From positions 1,940 to 65,939 of the forward strand of contig JASLJT010000181.1 of NCBI GenBank assembly GCA_030747955.1: a DNA stretch of 64,000 nt, given 5' to 3'. Of the stretch, positions 1-9,294 are shown piece after piece. Position 1 is the first letter of the stretch; every line of letters begins with the position of its first letter. A program made the position numbers and the translations under genes. This DNA is from Verrucomicrobiales bacterium. Lineage in GTDB: Bacteria > Verrucomicrobiota > Verrucomicrobiia > Verrucomicrobiales > DEV007. Under the pieces are notes generated by a model. It did no database searches. It saw only the letters and a program-made list of their open reading frames with translations, and was not told where the DNA came from.

Positions 1-441
1 CACTGGCCAGGACAAACCAAAGCCAATACCATGTCTCATGCAGTAGTTACCGGAACCGATTACTACCCGACCCTTCTGAGAATGCTAGGCCTGCCTCTCT
101 TGCCCAAGCAACATATAGACGGAAAAAGTTTTGTGCCTGCTCTTAAGGGTAAAGAGCATGAACGTGGAGCAATTTACTGGCACTTCCCTCACTACAGTAA
201 TCACGGATATCAGAGCCCGGGCGGAGCGATTCGCTTGGGTAACTATAAACTGCTGGAATACTTTGAAAACGGAACCGTCCAATTGTTCGACCTGCAAAAC
301 GATCTTGGCGAACAGAACGATCTTTCTAAGTCAAAACCGGAAATGACTAAGAAACTTTTGAAGATGCTTCACGACTGGCGCAAGGAAGTAGATGCAAAAA
401 TGCCGCAAATGAAGACCGCTTCAAATAGCTCCAAGAATTAA
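1..441 (+). CDS. sulfatase-family protein, C-terminal fragment (5' end outside window)
   Basis: The frame is open from nt 1 (ORF track 31..441). The sequence has a sulfatase-type C-terminus: YWHFPHYSNHGYQSPGGAIRLGNYKLLEYFENG..QLFDLQNDLGEQNDLS. Confidence 0.8.
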   Translation, partial: HWPGQTKANTMSHAVVTGTDYYPTLLRMLGLPLLPKQHIDGKSFVPALKGKEHERGAIYWHFPHYSNHGYQSPGGAIRLGNYKLLEYFENGTVQLFDLQNDLGEQNDLSKSKPEMTKKLLKMLHDWRKEVDAKMPQMKTASNSSKN

Positions 442-509
442 AATTCACCGAGAGTTTGACAGATCAAAAGGATTCTAATCACAATCAATGAATTCAATTT
501 CTCTTTAGA

Positions 510-1376
510 ATGAAAAAAAATAATATCCTCATCTCATTGTTTCGGTTGGTCCCTGGATTACTATTCACTGTTTTAATGACCACGGGTCAATCGGAAGACT
601 TGTCTCTTAAGACAGCGCTAACATTTTATGCATCCTTTGATGGTGGGACCGATGCTGATATTAGTCGCGGTGACAAGCGTCTTTTCACTCTCATTAACAA
701 AGAGCCTAAACTTGGCAATAAAACCGAAGGAATGTCACGTATGGTTAAGGATAGAGGGCTTTCGGGTGATGCTCTATTATTCACTAAACGCAATGCCAAG
801 TGGTTGCTATATGATGGTGCCAAGAATTTTCATTTTGCAGAAAAAAACTGGAGCGGTAGCGTTTCGTTTTGGCTGAAAGTTGATCCAATCAATGGACTAG
901 ATCCCGGTTATGTTGATCCGATTCAAATTACACCCAATACCTGGAACGACGCTTCGTTTTTCGTGGACTTCGCCAAGGATGGAAATCCTCGGTCCTTCCG
1001 GCTCGGAGCATTCGCTGACAAATCGGTCTGGAATCCTGAAAATAAGGATATCCCGGAACCACAAAGGCCATTAGTCCCAGCCAAATCTAATCCATTCAGT
1101 AGAGACAAATGGACTCATGTTGCCTTCACCTGGGAAAATTTTAACACTGGAAAAAAAGATGGTGTGGCGACCCTCTATCTCAATGGAAAAAATGAAGGAA
1201 TTATTACCGAATGGAATCAAAAGTTCTCATGGACAGGCAAACCTCACCGTATTCTTATTGGTCTAAATTACATGGGTTTGTTTGATGAACTTGCCTGCTT
1301 CAATCGAGCCCTCTCATCGAAGGAGATCAAGCGTATATTTGATCATCAAAAAAGCCTTAATGAATTAATAAAATAA
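510..1376 (+). CDS. secreted LamG / concanavalin-A-like lectin domain protein
   Basis: N-terminal hydrophobic signal. LamG-type C-terminal signature LYLNGKNEG...ILIGLNYMGLFDELACFNRALSSKEIKRIF. Confidence 0.55.
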   Translation: MKKNNILISLFRLVPGLLFTVLMTTGQSEDLSLKTALTFYASFDGGTDADISRGDKRLFTLINKEPKLGNKTEGMSRMVKDRGLSGDALLFTKRNAKWLLYDGAKNFHFAEKNWSGSVSFWLKVDPINGLDPGYVDPIQITPNTWNDASFFVDFAKDGNPRSFRLGAFADKSVWNPENKDIPEPQRPLVPAKSNPFSRDKWTHVAFTWENFNTGKKDGVATLYLNGKNEGIITEWNQKFSWTGKPHRILIGLNYMGLFDELACFNRALSSKEIKRIFDHQKSLNELIK

Positions 1377-1379
1377 ATC

Positions 1380-1403
1380 ATACCTCTTTATTTAAAGAGG
1401 TAT
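1380..1403. terminator. 10-bp perfect hairpin between convergent genes (possible bidirectional terminator)
   Basis: ATACCTCTTT-ATTT-AAAGAGGTAT lies 4 nt after the stop of 510..1376. A T-rich tract follows only on the minus-strand reading. Confidence 0.45.
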
Positions 1404-1460
1404 CTAAATTGGATTACGGCGATAATATCAGGGAGTTGAAGTGAGTAGTAATCAACGCTC

Positions 1461-2240
1461 CTAATCTAGAGGCAGTAACTCTACCTTGCGAAATTCGCAG
1501 GAATGACTCTCGCTCTGCAAAGAGATCGTTCCGCTTTCGAGCTTCGTTCCATCGTCTAAATGGGGATGTTGATACTCAAGAACTACTTTTCCTTCAACGA
1601 TGTGTTTGAAGCTTTTTGATCCGTCCACAATCACCTCTGCAGTCACCCACTGGTCACCATGGTAAGTTTTTGATTTGGAATTTATACAGTGCCTTTTGAG
1701 CGGCTTCTCATTCATAATAACGTCCGTGCCGGGTGTGCAAAGGTTAAGAGTTGAGCGTTTCCCCTCACCCTTACCACCGAGCAATTGTACCTCGATCGAA
1801 TTTGGGAAATCTTGATCGATCTTCATCGTTTTGGGATCTTGCCCGTGTAGCATGAGGCCACTGTTACGATACGCCCATCCAGGACCGCCCTTCAACTGTT
1901 CCCCTAGGAACCGATATTCCACACGAAGACGATAACTGGAGTACGAAGTCTTGTAAAAGAGGTGTCCAAAGGTCTGATTAAACTCATCGTATTTTTTGTA
2001 ATTGACCTTGATGACTCCGTCAGCGACCAAGAATGTGTTGCGCTTGTCTTCTCCAAGCTTTTCGTAGCGAATCTTGGGCGTCCAACCAGTCAGGTCCTTG
2101 CCGTTGAAGAGCTGAATCCACTTCTCATTTTTTTCATCTTCGAGAAACTCACTTTTCTTCTTTTCATCAGCTAAGGTGGGAAGTGAAAAGGCTATTACTA
2201 AGGTTGCTGAGAAGATAAATATGAGTGAGAATAATTTCAT
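1461..2240 (-). CDS. DUF1080 (3-keto-disaccharide hydrolase family) domain protein, secreted
   Basis: Signal peptide MKLFSLIFIFSATLVIAFSLPTLA. DUF1080 hallmarks: WIQLFNGKDLTGWTPK near the N-terminus and GTISLQSESHSCEFRKVELLPL at the C-terminus. Confidence 0.8.
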   Translation of the reverse strand: MKLFSLIFIFSATLVIAFSLPTLADEKKKSEFLEDEKNEKWIQLFNGKDLTGWTPKIRYEKLGEDKRNTFLVADGVIKVNYKKYDEFNQTFGHLFYKTSYSSYRLRVEYRFLGEQLKGGPGWAYRNSGLMLHGQDPKTMKIDQDFPNSIEVQLLGGKGEGKRSTLNLCTPGTDVIMNEKPLKRHCINSKSKTYHGDQWVTAEVIVDGSKSFKHIVEGKVVLEYQHPHLDDGTKLESGTISLQSESHSCEFRKVELLPLD

Positions 2241-2299
2241 CTTTAAAACTTAGAAGTAGCCCAATTTTAATACAAGCTATTTGCAAAAACTTCCCGGAT

Positions 2300-3208
2300 A
2301 TGTCGAAAACAATATTGAAAATTATTTCGCAATGCACACTTGTGTTAATTTGTACGTGTTCCCTAATCGCAGAAAATGACCCTCCAAGTAAGCCTCTATT
2401 CCGCTTCGGAGCCGTTGCGGACTGCCAATACTGCAACCAAACAAGCGGCGTTAGGAAATATAGCCTTTCACCTCAAAAACTTCGTGATTGTGTCGAGCAC
2501 TACAACAAGCTGGACTTGGCTTTCGTGATTCATCTTGGTGATTTCATTGATCGAGACTTCAAGAGCTTCGCCACAGTCACACCCATCTACAACCGTCTTA
2601 AGGCGCCTCACTATCATGTATTGGGAAATCATGATTTTTCCGTAACTGATGATAAGAAAGCACTAGTGCCAGCTCAACTCGGGCTTAAGGACCGCTATTA
2701 TGATTTTACTCACAAGGGATGGCGCTTCCTGGCGCTGGACGGCAATGATGTGAGCCTCCACGCCTATCCTAAGAACGATCCGCGAACAAAGGCCGCTGCT
2801 GCCTTCCACCGTAGCCTCAAAGCTGGTACTCCGAACTGGAATGGAGCCGTTGGAAAAGAACAGCTAAAATGGATAAAAGACAAACTCGAAGAAGCCACAA
2901 AAAACGATGAAAAAGTAATTCTATTTTGCCATTTTCCCATCCACCCAGCAAACGTTCATAACCTCTGGAACGCGGATGTACTCACAGAATTATTGAGTAA
3001 TTATTCCTGTGTTGTGGCCTATATAAATGGACACAACCATGAAGGTAACTACGGAACCAAAGACAAGATCCATTACCTAACCCTAAAGGGCATGGTCAAC
3101 ACTACTGAAAACGCCTACTCAATAATTGAAGTTCATAAGGACCAGTTATTACTAAAAGGTGTAGGGCGGCAAGAGGACCGGGAAATGCGTTTGCCAGCAA
3201 ACGAATGA
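2300..3208 (+). CDS. secreted calcineurin-like metallophosphoesterase (ADPRibase-Mn-like)
   Basis: Motifs FGAVADCQY, HLGDFIDRD, GNHDF and NGHNHEG. The start is moved to ATG 2300 (MSKTILK.. signal peptide) because the 2225 start overlaps the divergent gene. Confidence 0.7.
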   Translation: MSKTILKIISQCTLVLICTCSLIAENDPPSKPLFRFGAVADCQYCNQTSGVRKYSLSPQKLRDCVEHYNKLDLAFVIHLGDFIDRDFKSFATVTPIYNRLKAPHYHVLGNHDFSVTDDKKALVPAQLGLKDRYYDFTHKGWRFLALDGNDVSLHAYPKNDPRTKAAAAFHRSLKAGTPNWNGAVGKEQLKWIKDKLEEATKNDEKVILFCHFPIHPANVHNLWNADVLTELLSNYSCVVAYINGHNHEGNYGTKDKIHYLTLKGMVNTTENAYSIIEVHKDQLLLKGVGRQEDREMRLPANE

Positions 3209-3231
3209 GTTGAAAGATACTCGGGGGATAA

Positions 3232-4452
3232 ATGCGATATTTATTAACATTTTTGTTTTGCTTCAATTTGCCGCTTTTGGCAGTGGATAAAGCAGTTTCA
3301 TCCAAGCCCATAATGGTTCATTATATGCCATGGTATGCTTCCAAATCTGTTAGTGGCCAATGGGGGTGGCATTGGACCATGGGCCATTTCAAGCCCGACA
3401 ATCTGGGAGCCAAAGGTAAGCGCGAACTCGCCTCGCATTACAGACCATTGATCGGAGCCTATGACTCCAATGACCCGGACTTATTAGAGTGCCAGGTCCT
3501 CCTAATGAAGTTTGCCGGTATCAATGGGGTCATTATTGACTGGTATGGTACTGAGAATTTCCGAGACTACGCGACCATTCATCGCAATTCACTGAGCTTA
3601 ATTAAATACATTAAAAAAGCCGGACTAAATTTCGCCATTTGTTATGAAGATCAGTCCGTCAAACATATGATCAATGGGAGCAAAATTAAAAAAGCTCAGG
3701 AATTAGCTTACGCTAAAAAAGAATTCCAGTGGCTTGAGCAAAACTTTTTTGCTGATCCAGCATATATGCGAATCAAAGAAAAACCGATCCTGCTCATATT
3801 TGGACCACAACACTTCAAAAAGCATCAGTGGGCTCATATCATCAGCGGGCTCTCAAATATACCACAACTATACACGCTCCCTCATTTAAAAGATCAAATC
3901 AATGACGCAGGCGAATTCGGCTGGCCACCGGTACATGGTGGTAAAAATATAAGCCCAAAAATATGGCAGCAATATCTTCGAGACCTATATGCAAGAGGTG
4001 AACAAAATGGATCGACTATCGCATCTGTGTTTCCTCAGTTTCATGATATCTACCAGCAAGCAAACTTACACAAAAGTTATGGTTACCTTGGTTCCCAGAA
4101 AGGAAAGACTTTCAATCAGACCCTCGAAATGGCATTGCAAAGTAATTCTAAATTAATTCAAGTCGCCACCTGGAATGATTACGGTGAAGGAACGATGATT
4201 GAGCCAACTAAGGAATTTGCCTACCGATACCTAGAGAGCATTCAGAGCAAATTCTTAAACGATAAAAAATTTTCCTATGGCGCGAGTGATCTAAGATTAC
4301 CAGTCGATTTGTATCAACTTCGGAAACATTTCGAGAGCAATAAGCAAATTACGGCACAGCTGAACCTAGCATCAAGATTGCTCTTCGAGTCCAAAGTCCA
4401 AGGAGCTAATAAAATATTGCTCAGATATACTCCTGCTCTATCACAAAAGTAA
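3232..4452 (+). CDS. secreted glycoside hydrolase, GH99-like TIM barrel
   Basis: MVHYMPWYAS..QWGWHW, YDSNDPDLLECQVLLMKFAGINGVIIDWYG and WNDYGEGTMIEPT resemble the GH99-type pattern (FNEWHEGTQIE). Assigned by eye only. Confidence 0.45.
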   Translation: MRYLLTFLFCFNLPLLAVDKAVSSKPIMVHYMPWYASKSVSGQWGWHWTMGHFKPDNLGAKGKRELASHYRPLIGAYDSNDPDLLECQVLLMKFAGINGVIIDWYGTENFRDYATIHRNSLSLIKYIKKAGLNFAICYEDQSVKHMINGSKIKKAQELAYAKKEFQWLEQNFFADPAYMRIKEKPILLIFGPQHFKKHQWAHIISGLSNIPQLYTLPHLKDQINDAGEFGWPPVHGGKNISPKIWQQYLRDLYARGEQNGSTIASVFPQFHDIYQQANLHKSYGYLGSQKGKTFNQTLEMALQSNSKLIQVATWNDYGEGTMIEPTKEFAYRYLESIQSKFLNDKKFSYGASDLRLPVDLYQLRKHFESNKQITAQLNLASRLLFESKVQGANKILLRYTPALSQK

Positions 4453-4496
4453 TCAAAAGATTTGATCGAATTTATACTTTGTGGTACAAAGTATAA

Positions 4497-4784
4497 ATGC
4501 ACCGACGTTTGATAAAAACATGGATCCTCGTCACAGGGTTTGTCTTTTTATTTTCAAGTCTTGCCATGGTTTTGTTCAATGAAGTAGCCATGTTCTTTAT
4601 GGAACAACTGATGGATCCATGGCTTCAAATTTGCAAATCTATAACACCAATCGGATGGTGGACTCTGGGGAACATTCCTCTCGCACTGTTGGTCCTCTTT
4701 TCTGGATTGTTTTTGTATTCAATGGCAATTAGTGCAGTTGCCATTTTCATTTCAGGCCTTTCAAAAAAGCTCCTTACGACATAG
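4497..4784 (+). CDS. small hypothetical membrane protein
   Basis: The 95-aa ORF has 2-3 hydrophobic segments. I recognise no family. Its start codon abuts a strong hairpin. Confidence 0.35.
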   Translation: MHRRLIKTWILVTGFVFLFSSLAMVLFNEVAMFFMEQLMDPWLQICKSITPIGWWTLGNIPLALLVLFSGLFLYSMAISAVAIFISGLSKKLLTT

Positions 4785-4940
4785 CTCAAGATAACGGATA
4801 CGAGAAATTTTCTATCAAAGAAAAAAATTAATCTGTTATAAAGTCGTTCAAATTTAGGTTTTTAAGAAAAAATACAGAATTGGCAAGAAACCTCATTGTG
4901 GGTATATTTGAATAGTAGTTTCTATTAATTTTGAAATACG

Positions 4941-6197
4941 ATGAAAATGGAAAGACGACGTTTTTTAAAGGGTGCAGGAGTTGCAATCGCATTGCCGATG
5001 ATGGAATCTCTGATGCCGAAAGCAAAAGGAGCGGTTAATAAAAAACCGGTAAAAAGATTCGTATGTCTTTCCAACAATTATGGAGTCTACCAGAAAGCTT
5101 TCTTTCCGGATCCCAAGCAGGCTGGAAAAAACTATGACATTCCTGAAACACTAAAACCTCTAGAAAAACACCGCAAAGACTTTACAACCTTTTCAAACCT
5201 AGATCATGGCTTTACGGGTGGCCACCAGGGAGTGCCTGTCTTCCTTAGTGGGGTACGTCCAGTACTGGCTCATAATTATGAAGAAGGAAATATCAGCCTG
5301 GACCAGAAACTTGCCGAATATCATGGAGCTGCCACACGGTTCTCCTCAATGACGCTCGGAGTCAGGGAACGTAACCTTCTAAGCTTTACCCGCACAGGCG
5401 TTCAGGTACCCAATGTCAGTATGCAACAAGCTTACCGTGCTATGTTTTTTGAAGACAGTGCCGAAAAGAAAATTTCACAAGCAGATCGATTCAAGCGGCA
5501 CAATAGCATTCTCGACGTCGTCATGGGACAAGCCAAGTCCTTGAATAAAGAACTCGGCAAGCAGGATCAGGAAAAGCTCGAAGAATATCTTGGCTCAGTG
5601 CGTAGCCTTGAGAAAAAAATCTCTCAGCAAGAACCTTGGCTAAATAAGCCAAAGCCAAAGACAGATGTGGCTGAACCTAAGCCCGGAAATGGAACAGAGG
5701 AACAACTCAAAGCCATGATTGAAATCATTGCCCTGGCCCTTCAGACCGACTCGACCCGGGCAATTACCTGCTCTAGTGGATTTGCCAACGGCGACTTTGG
5801 GCTCAACGGAGGTTATCATGGTTTCTCGCATCATGGAGAACGGGACGAACCAGTAGCAGCATTAAAAAAAATCGAGGGATTCCAAATTTCCATGATGGCC
5901 TACCTGATCGACCTCTTAAAGAAACAGGAGGACCCTATTAATGGAGGCACCCTATTTGATAACACTTCAATCCTTTATGGATGCGGTATGGCAGCTGGAA
6001 CTCACCAGACAAAAAATCTTCCTCTCGTCTTGGCCGGTGGTAGCTTCAAGCATGGAGAACATAAGGTCTACCCAATGCCAGATCCGGAACGTATACCTGC
6101 TGCGAATTTATTACTTTCCATACTTCAACAAAGCGGCCTAGAAATAGACCGTTTCGGCTCAAGTACTGGTCCACTGAATGGTCTCGAATGGTCTTGA
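4941..6197 (+). CDS. DUF1552 domain protein with twin-arginine leader
   Basis: MKMERRRFLKGAGVAIALPMMESL TAT-type leader. The gene is adjacent to a DUF1592-type partner, the usual PVC gene pair. Confidence 0.75.
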   Translation: MKMERRRFLKGAGVAIALPMMESLMPKAKGAVNKKPVKRFVCLSNNYGVYQKAFFPDPKQAGKNYDIPETLKPLEKHRKDFTTFSNLDHGFTGGHQGVPVFLSGVRPVLAHNYEEGNISLDQKLAEYHGAATRFSSMTLGVRERNLLSFTRTGVQVPNVSMQQAYRAMFFEDSAEKKISQADRFKRHNSILDVVMGQAKSLNKELGKQDQEKLEEYLGSVRSLEKKISQQEPWLNKPKPKTDVAEPKPGNGTEEQLKAMIEIIALALQTDSTRAITCSSGFANGDFGLNGGYHGFSHHGERDEPVAALKKIEGFQISMMAYLIDLLKKQEDPINGGTLFDNTSILYGCGMAAGTHQTKNLPLVLAGGSFKHGEHKVYPMPDPERIPAANLLLSILQQSGLEIDRFGSSTGPLNGLEWS

Positions 6198-6255
6198 TAT
6201 AGCAAAAGAATTGAACACTGCTAAGGACGCAGAAAGAACGGCAAAATTGCTTATC

Positions 6256-9200
6256 ATGATTCTTTCATTAAAGCGCATATTGCCCATCATCTCCCTTACC
6301 CTTTGTTTGCAAGCTAGGGCAGACGAATCACTAAAGGGTCTAGTTCCTTTTTTAAGTCAGCATTGCTTTGAATGTCATGGAGCAGAAAAACAGAAAGGTG
6401 ATATTCGCCTCGACACGCTAGGTAAGGACCTTACAAAGCATGAGAACCTAGAAATCTGGCAGGGTGTCCTTGACCAGTTGAATCTCGGGGAAATGCCACC
6501 CAAAAAACAGCCGCAACCTTCTCGTGCCGAGGTTAAACCCATAGTCGAAACCTTGAGCAAGTCTCTTAAATTAGCCTATCAAAAGGCTCGCAGCACTGGC
6601 GGTCAAACCGTTCTCCGTCGGTTGAACCGGCAGGAATTGCGCAACACATTTCGAGACCTTCTTTATCTTAACGGAGCAGAATACCGTCCCGGGGCTTCAG
6701 GGTCCAGGCTAGTGGATAATAATGGTAACGGAAGTGTAGAGCGTACTGGGAATGATCCCTTGCGTTTCTTCCCAGAGGACGAAGAAGAGGATGGCTTCTT
6801 TAATATTGGAGACAAGCTGGTCATGTCTGATTTTTATCTGAAACTAGTCCTCGGTGCTGTAGAAGAAGTGTTAACACAAGCCACTCGCCTTGAAGCCAAA
6901 CCTAAAATTGAGACGCGCAAATTCGCAGGACATTTAATTAAGGACAAAGGAGGGCATATAATTGAATCAGTATCTCGCACATTAAATCCTAACTATGACA
7001 TGATGGCCACTGGCTATGAACGGTTTGGGCGGCTCGCTCCAACGGAAGTCAGGGGTGGAGTCGGTGTTGCCACTCGGTACCGAATTATCATTGAGGCTTC
7101 TGCTCACAATCAGGCTCACCCCTGGGGCGAATTGTTCAAGCTCGATGAAAAGGACCCTTATCAGCTTTGCCTGAACATTGCCGATACCAAGAATGGTGGC
7201 ATTGCAGGACCAACATCTACCCCTGTCAATCTTTGGTCAGTTCCAGGCGACGGTAAAAAGCACACATTCACTCAAGAGGTCTGGATGGACAAGACATGGA
7301 CACCTTGGATCGGATGGGAAAACGGACCATGGGATCGAGGGTTCCGCGCAGAGGTAATTGTGGAGAAAACAATGCCAAGTGAATTCAGTCCACGCCCTGA
7401 CAAGAAGATCAACAAAGAAGCACACGACAAATGGCCCATAAAAATGGCTGAAAAACTATTTAAAAATGAATATCAGGGCCCACACATTCGTATCCATAGC
7501 CTTACCCTAGAACCTATAATAGATACCTGGCCACCCAAAAGTCATACTGCCCTTTATGGAAGTGGATCAGGCAAAGAGAAGGAGATACGTAAGCTCATGA
7601 CCAATTTTGCATCACGAGCATTTCGTCAACCAGTGAGTCAGGAAACGGTCGAACCCTACGTGCAAATGGTTCTACAGCAGCAAGTCGAACCTGTCGTCAC
7701 GTTACCGGGTGGAATTAAAGATCTAAAATATAGAGTATATAAAGGGCTGTGGGAAAAGCTGCCTGATTTTAACACTCTGAAGCCCGTCGCAGAAGGCACA
7801 CTCCCGAATGGTCTAATGGACTTGAAGGTTTCTAAGATGAAGGAGCAATTCGGGATGGTTTTCATGGGTAAGCTAAATGTGCCAAAGGCTGGAGACTATA
7901 TCTTTGAAATTGCTTCTGATGATGGTGCGCGGATCCTGATCAACGGGAAAAAAGCCATTGAACATGATGGATTACATGGAGCACAACTAAAGAAAGGTAA
8001 AATCAAACTTGAACCCGGTGAACACCCTATCCGGGTCGAATACTTTGGCTATGGCCAGCCCAATAGCTTCCGTGCAGGATGGGGCGGCCCGGGCATGGCT
8101 CACTCCAAACTGTCAGTCGAAGGACTGCATGACAATTCCAAAAACCAAAAGAAAACTGATGAAATTCCTCTACTAATACGAGCGATGCAAGACGGTTATG
8201 CGGCGATGCTTTGCTCTCCACATTTTCTTTATCTTGGAGAAAAACCAGGTCGTCTCGATGAGTTTGGCATTGCAAATCGGATGAGTTACTTTTTGTGGTC
8301 TTCGATGCCGGATGAAATCCTATTTACGCTGGCCCGTGACGGCAAGCTAAGCGATCCAGCCATACGCAGGCAACAAGTCGATCGCATGCTCAAAGATAAT
8401 AAGGCCCAAGCCTTCATTCGTCATTTCCCTTCATCATGGCTTCGGCTCGACAAACTCGGCGACATGCCTCCATCAGGCGGAGACTTCCAATTTTATAAGA
8501 ACCTAAAAGTTGAACCTATGCTGGCAAGGCAAGTCACGATGTATTTCGAGGAAATCCTTAAGGCTAATGGTAAAATCGAAGAGTTCATCGACTCTGACTA
8601 CACATACATGAATCAGACCCTTGCAAAATGGATTTACAGAAGAAAAGGAATACGAGGCGAACGCTTACGTAAAGTATCATTAAATGATCCAAAGCGTGGC
8701 GGCATTTTCACTCAGCCTGGGATCATGACTGCAACAGCCAACGGAGTCGAAACCTCGCCAGTCATTCGTGGAGTCTGGGTACTGGAAAATGTGTTAGGTA
8801 CTCCACCCTCTCCCCCTCCTCCCGATGTAGAACCGTTGCCAACTAATACTCGAGAAGCGACTAGCGTAAGGGAACTATTAAAATTGCATCGAAAAAATGA
8901 AGCTTGCTACAGCTGTCACATTAAGATCGACCCTATGGGGTTTGCGTTCGAAAACTTCGATGTCGTCGGCCGTTGGCGCGACAAGTACAAACGGGCCAGG
9001 GATCCGATCGACACCTCAGCCATTATGGCCAATGGTAGAGAAATTGCCGATATCATTGAATTCAAGAAAATGCTGATTGAACGCAAGGAGCTCGTAGCCC
9101 GTTGTCTAACCAACAAAATGCTCACTTATGCAACAGGGCGCCAACTCGAAGTGGCCGACCGTGGAGAAGTTGACCTCATCATGAAAAAATTAGGTCAAAA

Positions 9201-9264
9201 AGAAAATCGACTACGCGACCTAGTGAAGCTTGTAGTAGAAAGTAAGATATTCTTGAACAAGTAA
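6256..9264 (+). CDS. DUF1587/DUF1592/DUF1595/DUF1588/DUF1585-type protein with CxxCH motifs and an inserted PA14-like domain
   Basis: Signal MILSLKRILPIISLTLCLQA. CFECHG near the N-terminus, LRRLNRQELRNTFRDLL, a PA14-like GDYIFEIASDDGARILINGK..IRVEYFGYG (about nt 7727-8100), and C-terminal CYSCHIKIDPMGFAFENFD. ATG 6256 is preferred to 6178, which overlaps the upstream gene. Confidence 0.8.
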   Translation: MILSLKRILPIISLTLCLQARADESLKGLVPFLSQHCFECHGAEKQKGDIRLDTLGKDLTKHENLEIWQGVLDQLNLGEMPPKKQPQPSRAEVKPIVETLSKSLKLAYQKARSTGGQTVLRRLNRQELRNTFRDLLYLNGAEYRPGASGSRLVDNNGNGSVERTGNDPLRFFPEDEEEDGFFNIGDKLVMSDFYLKLVLGAVEEVLTQATRLEAKPKIETRKFAGHLIKDKGGHIIESVSRTLNPNYDMMATGYERFGRLAPTEVRGGVGVATRYRIIIEASAHNQAHPWGELFKLDEKDPYQLCLNIADTKNGGIAGPTSTPVNLWSVPGDGKKHTFTQEVWMDKTWTPWIGWENGPWDRGFRAEVIVEKTMPSEFSPRPDKKINKEAHDKWPIKMAEKLFKNEYQGPHIRIHSLTLEPIIDTWPPKSHTALYGSGSGKEKEIRKLMTNFASRAFRQPVSQETVEPYVQMVLQQQVEPVVTLPGGIKDLKYRVYKGLWEKLPDFNTLKPVAEGTLPNGLMDLKVSKMKEQFGMVFMGKLNVPKAGDYIFEIASDDGARILINGKKAIEHDGLHGAQLKKGKIKLEPGEHPIRVEYFGYGQPNSFRAGWGGPGMAHSKLSVEGLHDNSKNQKKTDEIPLLIRAMQDGYAAMLCSPHFLYLGEKPGRLDEFGIANRMSYFLWSSMPDEILFTLARDGKLSDPAIRRQQVDRMLKDNKAQAFIRHFPSSWLRLDKLGDMPPSGGDFQFYKNLKVEPMLARQVTMYFEEILKANGKIEEFIDSDYTYMNQTLAKWIYRRKGIRGERLRKVSLNDPKRGGIFTQPGIMTATANGVETSPVIRGVWVLENVLGTPPSPPPPDVEPLPTNTREATSVRELLKLHRKNEACYSCHIKIDPMGFAFENFDVVGRWRDKYKRARDPIDTSAIMANGREIADIIEFKKMLIERKELVARCLTNKMLTYATGRQLEVADRGEVDLIMKKLGQKENRLRDLVKLVVESKIFLNK

Positions 9265-9294
9265 TATCTCTTCCAAGGTCATGGCTATCGAATC

